Under the pieces are notes generated by a model. It was not told the DNA's origin, ran no database searches, and saw nothing but the letters and a program-made list of their open reading frames with translations. DNA of 64,000 nt. Source: a virus. The translations under genes and the position numbers were made by a program. Positions 1-10,301 of the stretch are shown piece after piece; position 1 is the first letter of the stretch; every line of letters starts with the position of its first letter. Location of the stretch: positions 64,001-128,000 of IMG/VR virus record IMGVR_UViG_3300045988_139374; one strand, given 5' to 3'.

Positions 1-791
1 TTAAGCATTAGATTTTGCTCAGGAGTTAGATGACTCATAAAGTTATTCATTCCTGCATCAACTCCAGCTTGAATCTGAGGAGGATAATCCTGTCTAATAA
101 CACCAGTACCACCAGTTAGATTAATAGTATTAGGTAACGTATAAGAAGGAGCACCAACAGGAGCAGAAATAAATGCAGAATATGCATCCATAATTGCCTT
201 ATTATCATCAGTTTGATCAAGTGCTTTCATATCCTTATAACGACGATACTCGTTATCAATGATAGCCTTAGTAGTAGCATTACGTTCTTTAATAGCTGCA
301 AGTTTTGTGGAAAGCGCAGAGTTCATAGCAGCACGAGTTTCATTAATATAGTGATACTTGCCCTTCATAGATCTCTGAGATTTCATATAAGCAATATCTT
401 GAGCACAGTCCATAATAATACCATCTGCTTGAGCAATAATAGTATTGGTCATAGCATTTGTATCGCTATATTCATCAGCATATACTGTATTTTCTACTGT
501 CTCTCTAGGAGATACTTTATTATCTTCTTGAGCAGAATCATCTGTATTCTTTTTCTTTCTAGCTTTCTTAGGTTTTGTAGAGATAATATCAGCAGTCATG
601 GTATTTCCATCTACAGAAATAGGTACAGAAACATTGGTTCCAATTAGACTAGAAAAATTGGGCATTGTCTGATTGCTAGTTTGTGTAACAGTTCCTAGAC
701 TAATGGCTTGGACATCATTGGGCTTTCCATCGGTAGTATAGCTTTGATGCTCATCTACCATGGTAGGTACTTTAGGGAATTCGATTGCCAT
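1..791 (-). CDS. hypothetical protein, 3' end outside window
   Basis: Absent from the ORF track because it has no stop in the window. Hand translation from ATG 791..789 (AAAGGAGAG upstream) stays open to position 1: MAIEFPKVPTMVDEHQSYTTDGKPNDVQ... The listed + ORF 213..647 is its antisense shadow. Confidence 0.6.
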   Translation of the reverse strand, partial: MAIEFPKVPTMVDEHQSYTTDGKPNDVQAISLGTVTQTSNQTMPNFSSLIGTNVSVPISVDGNTMTADIISTKPKKARKKKNTDDSAQEDNKVSPRETVENTVYADEYSDTNAMTNTIIAQADGIIMDCAQDIAYMKSQRSMKGKYHYINETRAAMNSALSTKLAAIKERNATTKAIIDNEYRRYKDMKALDQTDDNKAIMDAYSAFISAPVGAPSYTLPNTINLTGGTGVIRQDYPPQIQAGVDAGMNNFMSHLTPEQNLML

Positions 792-808
792 AGTAAACTC
801 TCCTTTGG

Positions 809-845
809 TTATATATTATAAAAATGATCAATAGAGAAATCTATT
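809..845 (+). promoter_or_regulatory. promoter-like motif TATATTATAA-aaa-TGA plus hairpin AATAGA/TCTATT, upstream of DNA polymerase
   Basis: Variant of the GATATTATAA-N3-TGA box found nine times in intergenic regions. Followed by a 6-bp hairpin at 830..845. Confidence 0.45.
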
Positions 846-913
846 AATAGAAAGTGTAAAATTTCAAAAAGTATATACGATTTGACTTAATATTAATTGG
901 AGGTATCTAAATT

Positions 914-2470
914 ATGCAAGACAATGAAAAAAGTAAAAAGAAATCTTTTATAGTAAATAATGAACAATTTGAATTATTAATCCCAGGATATCCAAAAGGT
1001 TCTGATATTACAGTTATTAATACTTCTTATATTCCTAGAAAAAAGAATGATGATGGAACGTATCAAAAGGATTATATTGTAATTCTATTTAGAGACAATA
1101 TAACTGGTGGTAAAAAAGTTCATGTGATTCAAGAACCTTTGTATACTTTCTATAGAATCAAAGATGAAAGTCAAATTCCTAATTATACAATGTTCTTCAT
1201 TGAGAAAGAAAAGGTAGTTCCTTATACTTGTAAATATGCAAATATTCTGAAAGCAATTGCTGAGGTTACTGGAAGAATTGATGAGTTTCTTGAAAATGTA
1301 AACAATGGTCAGTATAGTGAGAATAAAAAACTTCATACAGATCCTAGTATATTCATGTCTGATATTCAGATTGAGAATTATTATAGATTTCTGTTTAATC
1401 TATCTTACAAGAATGAAGTTTTTAAACTTACTAAGGGATTTCTAGATATTGAAACTGATATTGCATATTGTCTAAATCAGTTTCCTGAACCTGGTGAAGT
1501 TCCTATTAATGCAATAGCTTATTGCGATGAAGCTCACAATACAGTGTATCAGTTTATATTAAATGATAGAAATAATCCTTTGGTTGAAGAGTATATGCAT
1601 TATACTGATAGACCTGGGTTCCAGAAAGAATTGTATGATTTCGTTGTAAATGCTGTAGGTGGATATAAGAAAGCTGTTAAATTCGGAGTAGATAAGATGG
1701 AATATAAACTTATCTTCTTTGATGACGAATATGAGCTTATTAAAACAGCATTTAAAATCATCAAAGCTACAGTTCCAGATTTTATTGAAGTCTGGAATAT
1801 GGCATTCGACTTGAATTATATTATAGAGAGAATTAAAGTTCTTGGCCATGATGAAACTGAAACTATATGTGATGGAAGATATCCATATTCATTTTTGAAA
1901 TTCTATGTAGATGAGAGAAACAAGAATAACTATGAAGAACGTGGTGATTACGTTGCCGCTTCTATGTATACTGTTTGGCTCGATCAGATGATCGAATTTG
2001 CATCTAGAAGAAAAGGTAGAGGCAGATATCAGAGTTTTAAACTGGATGCAATTGGTGAAGTTGTAGCTGGTGTTAGAAAACTAGATTATTCTCATATTAC
2101 TACTGACTTAGGTAAGCTTCCATATATTGATTTTAAAACATTCTCGTTCTATAACGTAATGGATGTTATTGTTCAGAAATGTATTGAAGCTAGTACTAAT
2201 GACCTTGAATATGTGTTTACTAAATGTCTAGTCAATAATACTAACTATGCGAAATGCCATAGACAGTCTGTATATCTTGCAAATCGATTCTGTAAAGACT
2301 TTTATGAATATGGATATGTAATCGGTAATAATAAAAATCTTTGGAATGAAAAGCCTACTACAAAATTTCCTGGAGCTATGGTTGGTGATCCAACTCATAA
2401 TGCAGATAGTGTAATGCTTCACATTAATGGTAGGCCAACTCAGTTGTCAAATAATGCTGTTGATTTCGAT
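914..2470 (+). CDS. family B DNA polymerase, exon 1 (3'-5' exonuclease domain up to motif A Asp)
   Basis: ExoI FLDIETD, ExoII WNMAFDLNYI and ExoIII YNVMDVIV are present. The ORF ends ...AVDFD directly before the in-frame TAA that begins the intron. RBS GGAGG lies upstream. Confidence 0.85.
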
Positions 2471-2859
2471 TAACTAAGTAGTCGCATCTTTATAGGAATA
2501 TAGAGATGAAAACTTTATTGCAAAAGCTGGAAAAGGCTAAAGCTCTTCTGCCATTAGAAATAATGGAATCGAAAGATAGAAATAAGTGAAGAGATGGACC
2601 AAGGTGAAATAAAAGCTATATATTGAATAAGAGATAAATATATAGTCCTAAAGTCTATTAACAATGTCTAATCAGCACCTAGATAATTCTAGAGTTCAAC
2701 GACTATTCCGAAAGGAATTAGGGCCAAGTGGTACCGAAGTATAAAGGGTCCCAATGCTTATATAAGTAATGGATTGTGATATAGTCTAGCCTCTAGGTAA
2801 CACCTAGAGAAGTTCATAAGAGAACTGCAAAGATTAACGACCTTTGTGAATAAACTGCG
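2471..2859 (+). mobile_element. group I self-splicing intron, ORF-less (389 nt)
   Basis: Classical core elements are present: P-like TTGCAAAAGCTGGAAAAGGC, Q-like AGTCCTAAAGTC, R GTTCAACGACTAT (2694..2706) and S GATATAGTCT (2778..2787). The exon ends in U (cgaU pairs with GUCG at 2481..2484 as P1) and the intron ends in G at 2859. Splicing restores D-YS-SLYPS. Confidence 0.8.
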
Positions 2860-3345
2860 TACTCTTCTCTTTATCCATCTATTATTCTTGAGAATAATCT
2901 TGCTCCTAATACACAGGTTGGTAGAATTATTATTGAAGATCCTGATGATCCTATGAAACCTTTCTCTCTTAATGAGCATCCTGATATGTATTCTTCTGGA
3001 GATGAAGTTGCAAAATATTCTCGAGGTGGTGAATTCCTTGAGAATATGATCTCTGGCAATATAATGGAATTCTGTAGAAGATGGATGCGACTTGGAGATA
3101 TCAATCAATGTATGGATGATATTAGAGAATACTTCAAATATAATCCCTCTTATGGTAGAGGAATTGATGATGAAGGATCTAATCAGCAAGCTATATTCTT
3201 TACAAGAGATAATATGATAGATGCAGTTAATTTTGTAGAGAAAGATTATAATCTTGATACTGCAGGATTAATTTTCTATAGCAATCTTGACAACGATATA
3301 AAGAAAGATCTTTCTGAAGAAATTAAAAAAGGAGCGTTTCTGTGA
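2860..3345 (+). CDS. family B DNA polymerase, exon 2 (motif A YSSLYPSIILENN... then stop after about 161 aa)
   Basis: Same frame as listed ORF 2953..3345. Hand translation from 2860 gives YSSLYPSIILENNLAPNTQVGRIIIEDPDDPMKPF... Motif B (KxxxNSxYG) and motif C (YGDTDS) are absent. Confidence 0.75.
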   Translation, partial: YSSLYPSIILENNLAPNTQVGRIIIEDPDDPMKPFSLNEHPDMYSSGDEVAKYSRGGEFLENMISGNIMEFCRRWMRLGDINQCMDDIREYFKYNPSYGRGIDDEGSNQQAIFFTRDNMIDAVNFVEKDYNLDTAGLIFYSNLDNDIKKDLSEEIKKGAFL

Positions 3346-3944
3346 GTAGTGATTTTAAAGAATTCTGTTCATATATTCAACCAATATTGAATAGCTGTTC
3401 AGGGTTTATTAAAACTGATGGTTATATGACTCATTTTCCTGGAGTTATTGTAACTATGGATGCAGATCAGACATTCTATGGAATCATTCATATACCAGTA
3501 ATTTATAATCTATATTTTACTTGTATTATTAGTGATATCATGGCAATGAAGAAACCAGAAAATCAGATATTTGAAAATCTCTATTTTAGTGGAAGTAATA
3601 TTAAAGGAAATACGCTATTAAGAGCTTTTGAATTATTTGATAATATTGATAGTAAAGTTAAATGTATCTATTATGAACCTGATTGCTATAATATTAATGG
3701 TTTCACAACTGTATCTGCAGTGTCAAATATTGGAAGTGTAAATGTATTTACAGCTTCTGATAGATATAGAATACCTGCTAGTAAAGCAATTACTCCATTA
3801 TCTAAAGGAGATACTGCATCTCTTAAAATATATGATTATGTAGTAAATCCTATAGATCCAGGTGTAAAGACTATCAGATATTCTATGTTTAAAAAGAAAT
3901 TCAAACTAGTAGTAGATGTATATTCTAACATTCTTACAATTTGA
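3342..3944 (+). CDS. hypothetical protein (GTG start overlapping polymerase stop, GTGA)
   Basis: 200-aa ORF, translationally coupled and followed by a terminator. I recognise no polymerase motifs. Confidence 0.55.
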   Translation: MSSDFKEFCSYIQPILNSCSGFIKTDGYMTHFPGVIVTMDADQTFYGIIHIPVIYNLYFTCIISDIMAMKKPENQIFENLYFSGSNIKGNTLLRAFELFDNIDSKVKCIYYEPDCYNINGFTTVSAVSNIGSVNVFTASDRYRIPASKAITPLSKGDTASLKIYDYVVNPIDPGVKTIRYSMFKKKFKLVVDVYSNILTI

Positions 3945-3953
3945 ATAAAAACA

Positions 3954-3992
3954 GGGTAGAGGAATAAATCCTCTACCCTATTATTTTTTTTT
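3954..3992 (+). terminator. intrinsic terminator GGGTAGAGGA-ataaa-TCCTCTACCC + T-run
   Basis: 10-bp perfect stem followed by TATTATTTTTTTTT. Confidence 0.8.
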
Positions 3993-4051
3993 GAAAATTA
4001 CTTACTTCCAAAACATCCATATAATTTATCACGCTAAGGAGGTCAATATAA

Positions 4052-6391
4052 ATGGCAAATGATAAAAATGCCAATCAGAGAAAGATCAATAATTCTCTAG
4101 ATTTGCTAGATCGTCAGGTCAATGACCTATACAGAACTACATATTCAACAACTAATACATCTGAAGAACTTAAATCTCAGCTATCTGATAAACTAGATGA
4201 TGCTATCAAGAAGTCTACACAAGAGGATGGAGATATCCAGAATCTTTCTAATACTTCTAAGATTATTATGAAGCTTATGAAGCCTGAAAATAATGGAGCT
4301 TCTAATAAGCTTAATAAATCTTTCGGTAAAGGTGTAGGAGATGATATCTCTGTTCTGTTTAACAATGCTGGTGTCCAGGCGTCTTTAATGGATACTTATG
4401 CAAAGACTAAATGGATCACTGAGCTTGATAATGAATTTGATCTAATCTGCAAATATATGCCTAAGTTACAAGCAGCTCTAGATATTAAGAGAGATGCAGT
4501 TCTTTGTTCTGATTTTTATACTAAAGAATTTCTTAATATAAGACCTAGATATGAAAATCCTACATCCTCTGCAAATGCTGCTATTTCTAGCAATATCGAA
4601 GAAATGGTTAAGAAGTATGATCTTTCCAATAGAGCAGAAAAATGGTATGACAATACTTCTAAGTATGGCGAACAATTTGTTTACTGTGTGCCTTATTCTT
4701 CAGCATTCCAAGAGCTTCTAAGGAGAAAGAATAATACTGGATACACTGCAACAATCCAGCATGAATCTACTATTTCTTCTAATAAAAATAGTAAGCCTAA
4801 TGTAACTGCAAATGCTGTAGTAAATGAAGCCGGTGAGATTTCTATTAAGGTTAACTTTGATACTTCTAAGGTTATTATAGAAGCTGTAGAGAAAGAACAA
4901 TATGTACGAAAAAATAGAGCTGCTGTAAATCCTAAATTTAGAGGATTGTCTGAATCTTTTATCATTACAGAATCTAATGATAAATTTGAAGATCATCTGA
5001 AAAAGAATGGTAAATCTACAGAAGTCAATTTTGATAATACAATTGGAGATACCATTGATTGGGAAGATGATAAGACAGCTGCAAATGGTCTAGTGGATCC
5101 TAATGGAACCGATTCTACTGCTAAGATTAGTCTGAATGGTGCAGTTCTTACTGATATTAAGCATGATAGAATTATTCCTATTTATATTGAGGATACAATA
5201 TTTGGCGGCTATTATATTAGATATAGTGAAGATCAGGATATCGATATCAATTCTATTGATAATATCACTGGATATAATTCTGTAACTGGAATGTTTGATA
5301 ACGGTCCTATTGGTGCTCAATCTTCTAATTATGATGAAGACGAAGTAAATAATAAGGATATGCTTCTAAGATCTCTAGCAGCAAATATTTCTGATAAAAT
5401 TGACTCTGCATTCATTAATGCAAATGCAGATCTCAAGAAAGAGTTGTATTTGCTTCTAAAGTTTAATGATAAATATAATCAGCTTGCTCATACTCCTGAT
5501 TTGGATATTGTATTTATTCCTGCAGATGATATTCATCATTTGAAGTTCAATGACGATCCTATTACTCATAGAGGAATTAGTGATCTTTGGAATTCGCTAG
5601 TATCTGCTAAGCAGTGGATTATGCTTAATACAACTTCTGTATTGGGATGGACTACTAGAGGCTTTGATCGTAGAATTTACTATGTGAAGCAGTCTCTAGA
5701 CACTAATGTCGCACAATCTCTTCTGAATGTTATTAGTACTATTAAGAAGGGCAATTTTGGTATTCGTCAGATGGAATCTGTTAATAATATTCTTAATATG
5801 GTTGGCAGATTTAATGACTTTGTTATTCCTGTTGGACCTAATGAAGATCCTCCGATTCGGTTTGATACTCAATCTGGTCAGCAATTTGATTTTCCTCAAG
5901 ACTTAATGGCAAATCTAGAAGAATCTGCTGTTAATGCAACTGATGTTCCTCTAGAAATTGTTAATAGTTCTACTGGTATGGACTTTGCAGTTAGATATAC
6001 AATGACTAATGCAAAGCTTCTCCGTAATGTCTTGAAGAGGCAAGCAAAGATGGAAGCATTCCTAGCTGATATCTTTACTAAGATTTATAAGTTCGAATAC
6101 AATGAAGATGTAGAGCTTACAGTCAATCTTCCTATTCCTGCTTTCTTGAGTATGACTCAAGGATCTCAGCTACTTCAGAGTGCTACTCAGTATGCTGAAT
6201 CTATTACTGATATTGAAATGAATGGCGAGCAAGATGAAGCTAAGAATGCATTCAAGAAACTTGTCATTCGTAAGCTAATTCCTTCTTATCTGTCTGATAA
6301 GGACATTGAAGAAATTAAGAATATTATCAAGATTGATAATAATATTACTAGCAGTGAAAATGGATTGAGTGCAGAAGATCTAGCAGACTAA
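4052..6391 (+). CDS. large virion-associated protein; portal candidate (unconfirmed)
   Basis: 779-aa ORF with RBS AAGGAGG, convergent with the sheath/tube operon, and with an acidic C-terminus. The assignment rests on size and context only. Confidence 0.3.
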   Translation: MANDKNANQRKINNSLDLLDRQVNDLYRTTYSTTNTSEELKSQLSDKLDDAIKKSTQEDGDIQNLSNTSKIIMKLMKPENNGASNKLNKSFGKGVGDDISVLFNNAGVQASLMDTYAKTKWITELDNEFDLICKYMPKLQAALDIKRDAVLCSDFYTKEFLNIRPRYENPTSSANAAISSNIEEMVKKYDLSNRAEKWYDNTSKYGEQFVYCVPYSSAFQELLRRKNNTGYTATIQHESTISSNKNSKPNVTANAVVNEAGEISIKVNFDTSKVIIEAVEKEQYVRKNRAAVNPKFRGLSESFIITESNDKFEDHLKKNGKSTEVNFDNTIGDTIDWEDDKTAANGLVDPNGTDSTAKISLNGAVLTDIKHDRIIPIYIEDTIFGGYYIRYSEDQDIDINSIDNITGYNSVTGMFDNGPIGAQSSNYDEDEVNNKDMLLRSLAANISDKIDSAFINANADLKKELYLLLKFNDKYNQLAHTPDLDIVFIPADDIHHLKFNDDPITHRGISDLWNSLVSAKQWIMLNTTSVLGWTTRGFDRRIYYVKQSLDTNVAQSLLNVISTIKKGNFGIRQMESVNNILNMVGRFNDFVIPVGPNEDPPIRFDTQSGQQFDFPQDLMANLEESAVNATDVPLEIVNSSTGMDFAVRYTMTNAKLLRNVLKRQAKMEAFLADIFTKIYKFEYNEDVELTVNLPIPAFLSMTQGSQLLQSATQYAESITDIEMNGEQDEAKNAFKKLVIRKLIPSYLSDKDIEEIKNIIKIDNNITSSENGLSAEDLAD

Positions 6392-6405
6392 TAATCAACA
6401 AAATT

Positions 6406-6440
6406 CCCAGAGGATCGTTAAGACCCTCTGGGATTATTAT
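6406..6440. terminator. bidirectional terminator hairpin CCCAGAGG/CCTCTGGG between convergent genes
   Basis: 8-bp GC-rich stem with A/T-rich flanks on both sides. Confidence 0.65.
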
Positions 6441-6493
6441 ATTAATTTACAGTGCCAAGGAGGATTTTTATTAGCACAATAATTTAATACTTA

Positions 6494-7375
6494 TTAGCCA
6501 AGCTGAGTGCCTCTAGAAGTCTTAGAAGCAACAGTGTTGCCCAGAGACTTGCTAGACAGAATGTCACCAACCAGACCGAATCCAGTATTCTCAACCTTAG
6601 ACTTATAAACATCGTACTGATAGTTGTTAGAGTCAAGGATAAGCATACGATTCTTATTCTTAGTGGTAAGATCATTCTGAAGCATCATGTTAGCATACTT
6701 ATTAACCTGATCGCCCATAATGGGATAGCAGTTAAAGCTCATGCTAACTTCCTGGAACTGAATATCGCCATGTGTAGAGTTATACATCTGACTAGTGGGA
6801 GCAGCAGTAGGCTGAGCATTGCACAACAGATATGCCTTCTCAATAGAACGCATAGTATTATCAGTGACATAGTACAGGAAAGTAAAGACCTCATAATCAG
6901 GACCAGGATCAGTAATAGAGCTACCAATCAGACCATGATAAGTCTTAGCCTTAGAATAAGGATCCTTAATACCAGTCAGATAATAAGACAGGTAGTTAGT
7001 CAGCAGAGAGCCAGAACGCTCGAAGAAGGACATGCTAACTTGGATAGAAGTATCCATGCTGACATTGTTGATAACCTGAAGTTCATTGACACCATTGGTA
7101 ACAGTACCAGCATCAGCAGTGATATCAGGAATACCATCAAGGCCACGGAACTCACCTTCCAGAATATGAACAAATCCATCCTGCAGGTTCTTAACCTTTG
7201 CATCTTGTGCAGCCAGCAGCTGCATATATCTAGGAACAGAAACAACAGTCAGGAAAGAATAGCCAGTCTCATAAAGATCAAACTGCTTCAGGTTGGAGTA
7301 GTCAGTAACACCCTTCATCAGAGTATACTCAGACACATTACGAGGCATCTTAATATAGTTCAAACCGACAGACAT
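6494..7375 (-). CDS. putative tail tube protein
   Basis: 293 aa, starts 18 nt after the sheath gene, RBS AAAGGAGG. The C-terminal pattern ...HGDIQFQEVSMSFNCYPI resembles the T4 gp19-type tube C-terminus. Codon usage is of the GC-richer 'structural' type. Confidence 0.5.
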   Translation of the reverse strand: MSVGLNYIKMPRNVSEYTLMKGVTDYSNLKQFDLYETGYSFLTVVSVPRYMQLLAAQDAKVKNLQDGFVHILEGEFRGLDGIPDITADAGTVTNGVNELQVINNVSMDTSIQVSMSFFERSGSLLTNYLSYYLTGIKDPYSKAKTYHGLIGSSITDPGPDYEVFTFLYYVTDNTMRSIEKAYLLCNAQPTAAPTSQMYNSTHGDIQFQEVSMSFNCYPIMGDQVNKYANMMLQNDLTTKNKNRMLILDSNNYQYDVYKSKVENTGFGLVGDILSSKSLGNTVASKTSRGTQLG

Positions 7376-7393
7376 ATTTTAGTTCCTCCTTTC

Positions 7394-9298
7394 TTAAGAA
7401 TTGTCACTGGTAGTATCAGTAACACCAGGGATCGGATTAGAGGACGGAGATCCCTCAACAGCAAAGACGTCAAAGACCTCAGCCTGCGGGAAATCTCTAT
7501 AATAGCAATACAGAGATGCATTGAAAATCTTATTAGCAGTCTGCACATCATCCTTAGTATAAACCAGAGTGATAGACTTAAAGAACTGCTCATACTTAGA
7601 AACGACGTTGTCCTGAATCAGATCCTTATACTTGCCGAAGTCAGTTGCATCGGGCTCCATCAGCATAAAGCGAATGGTAGGAACATAACGACGAATTGCC
7701 TTAACAACACGCTGTGTAACCAGAACATTGTTGATGTAAGACAGAGGACCATTATGATCCTGAGAAGTATAAGTGGACTGAATTGCTAGCTGACGATCAG
7801 CAGTCAGATTAACAAAGTTAACCTTCAGATCATCCAGAACCTGCTTCTGATCATAGTCAGGAGTAACACGAGGAATGATATTCAGAGTGCCCTCAATTGC
7901 ACTAGTGATGATGAAGTTGTTGAACTCACCAGCAATAGGTGCAGCAATATTGGTGCTATAGTGATTGACCAGCAGAGGAGCCAGATCATATCCCATAGTA
8001 ACACGAATTTCCTTATGAGAATACTCATCCAGGACATCATAGACAGACATATAGTCACCCACAAAGCAGCTCTGATTCCAACCAGAGCCAGCATCAAAGA
8101 GCAGCTGCACATCTTCTAGAGTCTCAATATTCAGACCTAGATCACGGAAATAGAAGAAGTCTTCCCGGAAATCCGCAAGAGATACGATTTGCCCCTTAAC
8201 ACTGAGAGGATAGTTGGCGTCAACACAAAAGTCAATCTTATGCTGATCCAGATCGAAGATCTCATCAGAGAACTCACCAGAGAAGAACTTAACTGCCTCA
8301 GCAGCCCACTCATCAGTAGCTGCTTCACCAGGGAACGGAGCATCACCAAACTTGCCGTTGCTACCAGACATCAGAGACATACCATAAACACTGGTAAGAT
8401 CCATGCCAGTATCATCAACACGAATGGTAGATAGAGCCTTACCCTTCAGAGAGCAACCGAACATGGGATCGATCTTATAAAGCTCATCAACAGTATAGCC
8501 AGTAACCTCAGCAACCTTTGCCAGGAATGCTTCCATACCGATATCATCTTGACCAACAATCAGCTGATCCATGGTACGGTTAGTCAGAAGCATGTTACGA
8601 CGCTCACCATTGACAGTATTAACTGCCTCAGGGTAAATAGAGAAACGCTGAGTCTCAACGATATCCTCATCCTCGACACTCATGATCTTATACAGCATAT
8701 AAGTCAGACGTCTAGAAGAAGTATAATCGGGAACAATACGTAGTTTCTTAACAGACTTGCCACGACCATTATCACAGACAACAAACAGAGGGAAGACTGT
8801 ATCAGTCTTCATAGCATCTGCCTTCTTCTTAACTTCTGCATAGGTCTTAGCATTCTCAACAGTCATAGTGGAATACTTAATCTTTGCAAAATTAGTCGTA
8901 GCAGGAGTGCCAGTGACCTCAGTAGTCTCCTTACCATGCTCATCAAGATACAGAGGCTTACCATCAGCAGAAGTCTTATTCTCCTTACCAGCAGTAATTT
9001 CAGCAGTGATGACTAGGTTAGCCAGAGTAGCATCTTCTGCAACAATACGCTTGCCCAGAACACGACCACCGGCCTTCAGGATTCTATGTGCTTCGAGCAG
9101 GGGCTGGCCATACTTAAAGAAGTTAGGAGTCTCGCCATACTCTTTCACAAAGTCATCATATACGTAATCAGTAATTTTCTCTGTGCCTTTGTCGGAGGAA
9201 AAGGCACACAGAAACAACGGCAGAGAGTCATCAGTCGAAGAAGCAGTACCCTTCGGCATTAGCACTTCATGCCAGTTAACTGTCATTCCAGCATACAT
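7394..9298 (-). CDS. putative contractile tail sheath protein
   Basis: 634 aa. The N-terminal pattern LFLCAFSSDKGTEK...GQPLLEAHRILKAGGRVLGKRIVAEDAT matches the conserved start of myovirus sheath proteins. The gene lies directly upstream of the tube candidate. Confidence 0.6.
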   Translation of the reverse strand: MYAGMTVNWHEVLMPKGTASSTDDSLPLFLCAFSSDKGTEKITDYVYDDFVKEYGETPNFFKYGQPLLEAHRILKAGGRVLGKRIVAEDATLANLVITAEITAGKENKTSADGKPLYLDEHGKETTEVTGTPATTNFAKIKYSTMTVENAKTYAEVKKKADAMKTDTVFPLFVVCDNGRGKSVKKLRIVPDYTSSRRLTYMLYKIMSVEDEDIVETQRFSIYPEAVNTVNGERRNMLLTNRTMDQLIVGQDDIGMEAFLAKVAEVTGYTVDELYKIDPMFGCSLKGKALSTIRVDDTGMDLTSVYGMSLMSGSNGKFGDAPFPGEAATDEWAAEAVKFFSGEFSDEIFDLDQHKIDFCVDANYPLSVKGQIVSLADFREDFFYFRDLGLNIETLEDVQLLFDAGSGWNQSCFVGDYMSVYDVLDEYSHKEIRVTMGYDLAPLLVNHYSTNIAAPIAGEFNNFIITSAIEGTLNIIPRVTPDYDQKQVLDDLKVNFVNLTADRQLAIQSTYTSQDHNGPLSYINNVLVTQRVVKAIRRYVPTIRFMLMEPDATDFGKYKDLIQDNVVSKYEQFFKSITLVYTKDDVQTANKIFNASLYCYYRDFPQAEVFDVFAVEGSPSSNPIPGVTDTTSDNS

Positions 9299-9437
9299 AA
9301 GCTGTCTTCCTCCTTGTTAGGTAAATTAATTTGAATCAAAAAGATTAAAGATTATAACTGATTCTTTAAATCAAGTATATAATTATTGTAATGTTGCTTT
9401 TAAGTACTCGATCTGGGGCACTATATAATGTGGCATC

Positions 9438-10220
9438 TTACATAGTGATGACTCTTTCTAGAGGACTCTCTTTATGAGTTCTCTTACCAGATTTTTCTTC
9501 ATCTGACAACAAGACAGCACTCATAATAGCTTCATCAAGATTCTCAGATGTCAAAGAAACAAACGGAGAAATATATTTAGAAGCTTCTTTGATTGAAATA
9601 GAAGTATATCCAGTCATTTTAGAATTAGCAGTTTTAGACAATCTAAAAGGAGTAGATATATCTTCAGGATCTCTACAGATCTTAGAATACAATAGTCCCA
9701 TTGCTTGAGCATGAATTTTGTATGTACCAGAATTCAATGCCATGCATTCAAATGGATATTGATATAATTCATTATAAGGAATAGTATTAGGAATTCTACC
9801 AGTCTGGATATGAAGTCTAAACAATTCTGCTAGATTATCCATATCTTGTTCAACATGGCAACGAGTAATTAGTTGATCGTCTTTATAGAAAATTAATACC
9901 CTATAATCAGAAGGATCTAGACCAGTATCAAGTTGAACATCCTTACGCTTTTCAATCTTTCCAGGACGGCAAAGGAAAATAGTAGGAAAATTAAATGCTC
10001 GTAGTTTACTAGGAGATCCATTAGCTGCGATAACTCGATAGTTAAAAGATCCCATTAGTCTTACATATGCTCCTTCAACTGTTGCTGAAGTAGATTTACC
10101 AGAACCAAAATAATCCTCAGGAATATAATATTCCAAAGAACCATCTTGATTAAATAGTAATGCATCTTCTTCCCTTCGTGCGAAAGGAGGAATTTCAGTA
10201 AATTTAAATGTTAGTGCCAT
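9438..10220 (-). CDS. hypothetical protein
   Basis: 260-aa ORF with RBS TAGGAGG. Confidence 0.6.
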   Translation of the reverse strand: MALTFKFTEIPPFARREEDALLFNQDGSLEYYIPEDYFGSGKSTSATVEGAYVRLMGSFNYRVIAANGSPSKLRAFNFPTIFLCRPGKIEKRKDVQLDTGLDPSDYRVLIFYKDDQLITRCHVEQDMDNLAELFRLHIQTGRIPNTIPYNELYQYPFECMALNSGTYKIHAQAMGLLYSKICRDPEDISTPFRLSKTANSKMTGYTSISIKEASKYISPFVSLTSENLDEAIMSAVLLSDEEKSGKRTHKESPLERVITM

Positions 10221-10252
10221 TGATTTATCCTCCTAAAAGGTATTATAAACAA

Positions 10253-10287
10253 GTTAAAAGCCAGAGATGAGGATTTCCCATCTCTGG
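10253..10287 (-). terminator. intrinsic terminator CCAGAGATG/CATCTCTGG
   Basis: 9-bp stem downstream of the glycosyltransferase gene, followed by a T-rich tract on the minus strand. Confidence 0.6.
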
Positions 10288-10301
10288 ATTATTACTATTA
10301 T

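Noticed and set aside
6770-7789. 339-aa + strand ORF spanning the tube/sheath junction
   Set aside because: It is antisense to two well-supported minus-strand genes. It has no RBS and a Ser/Ile/Arg-rich shadow-frame composition.
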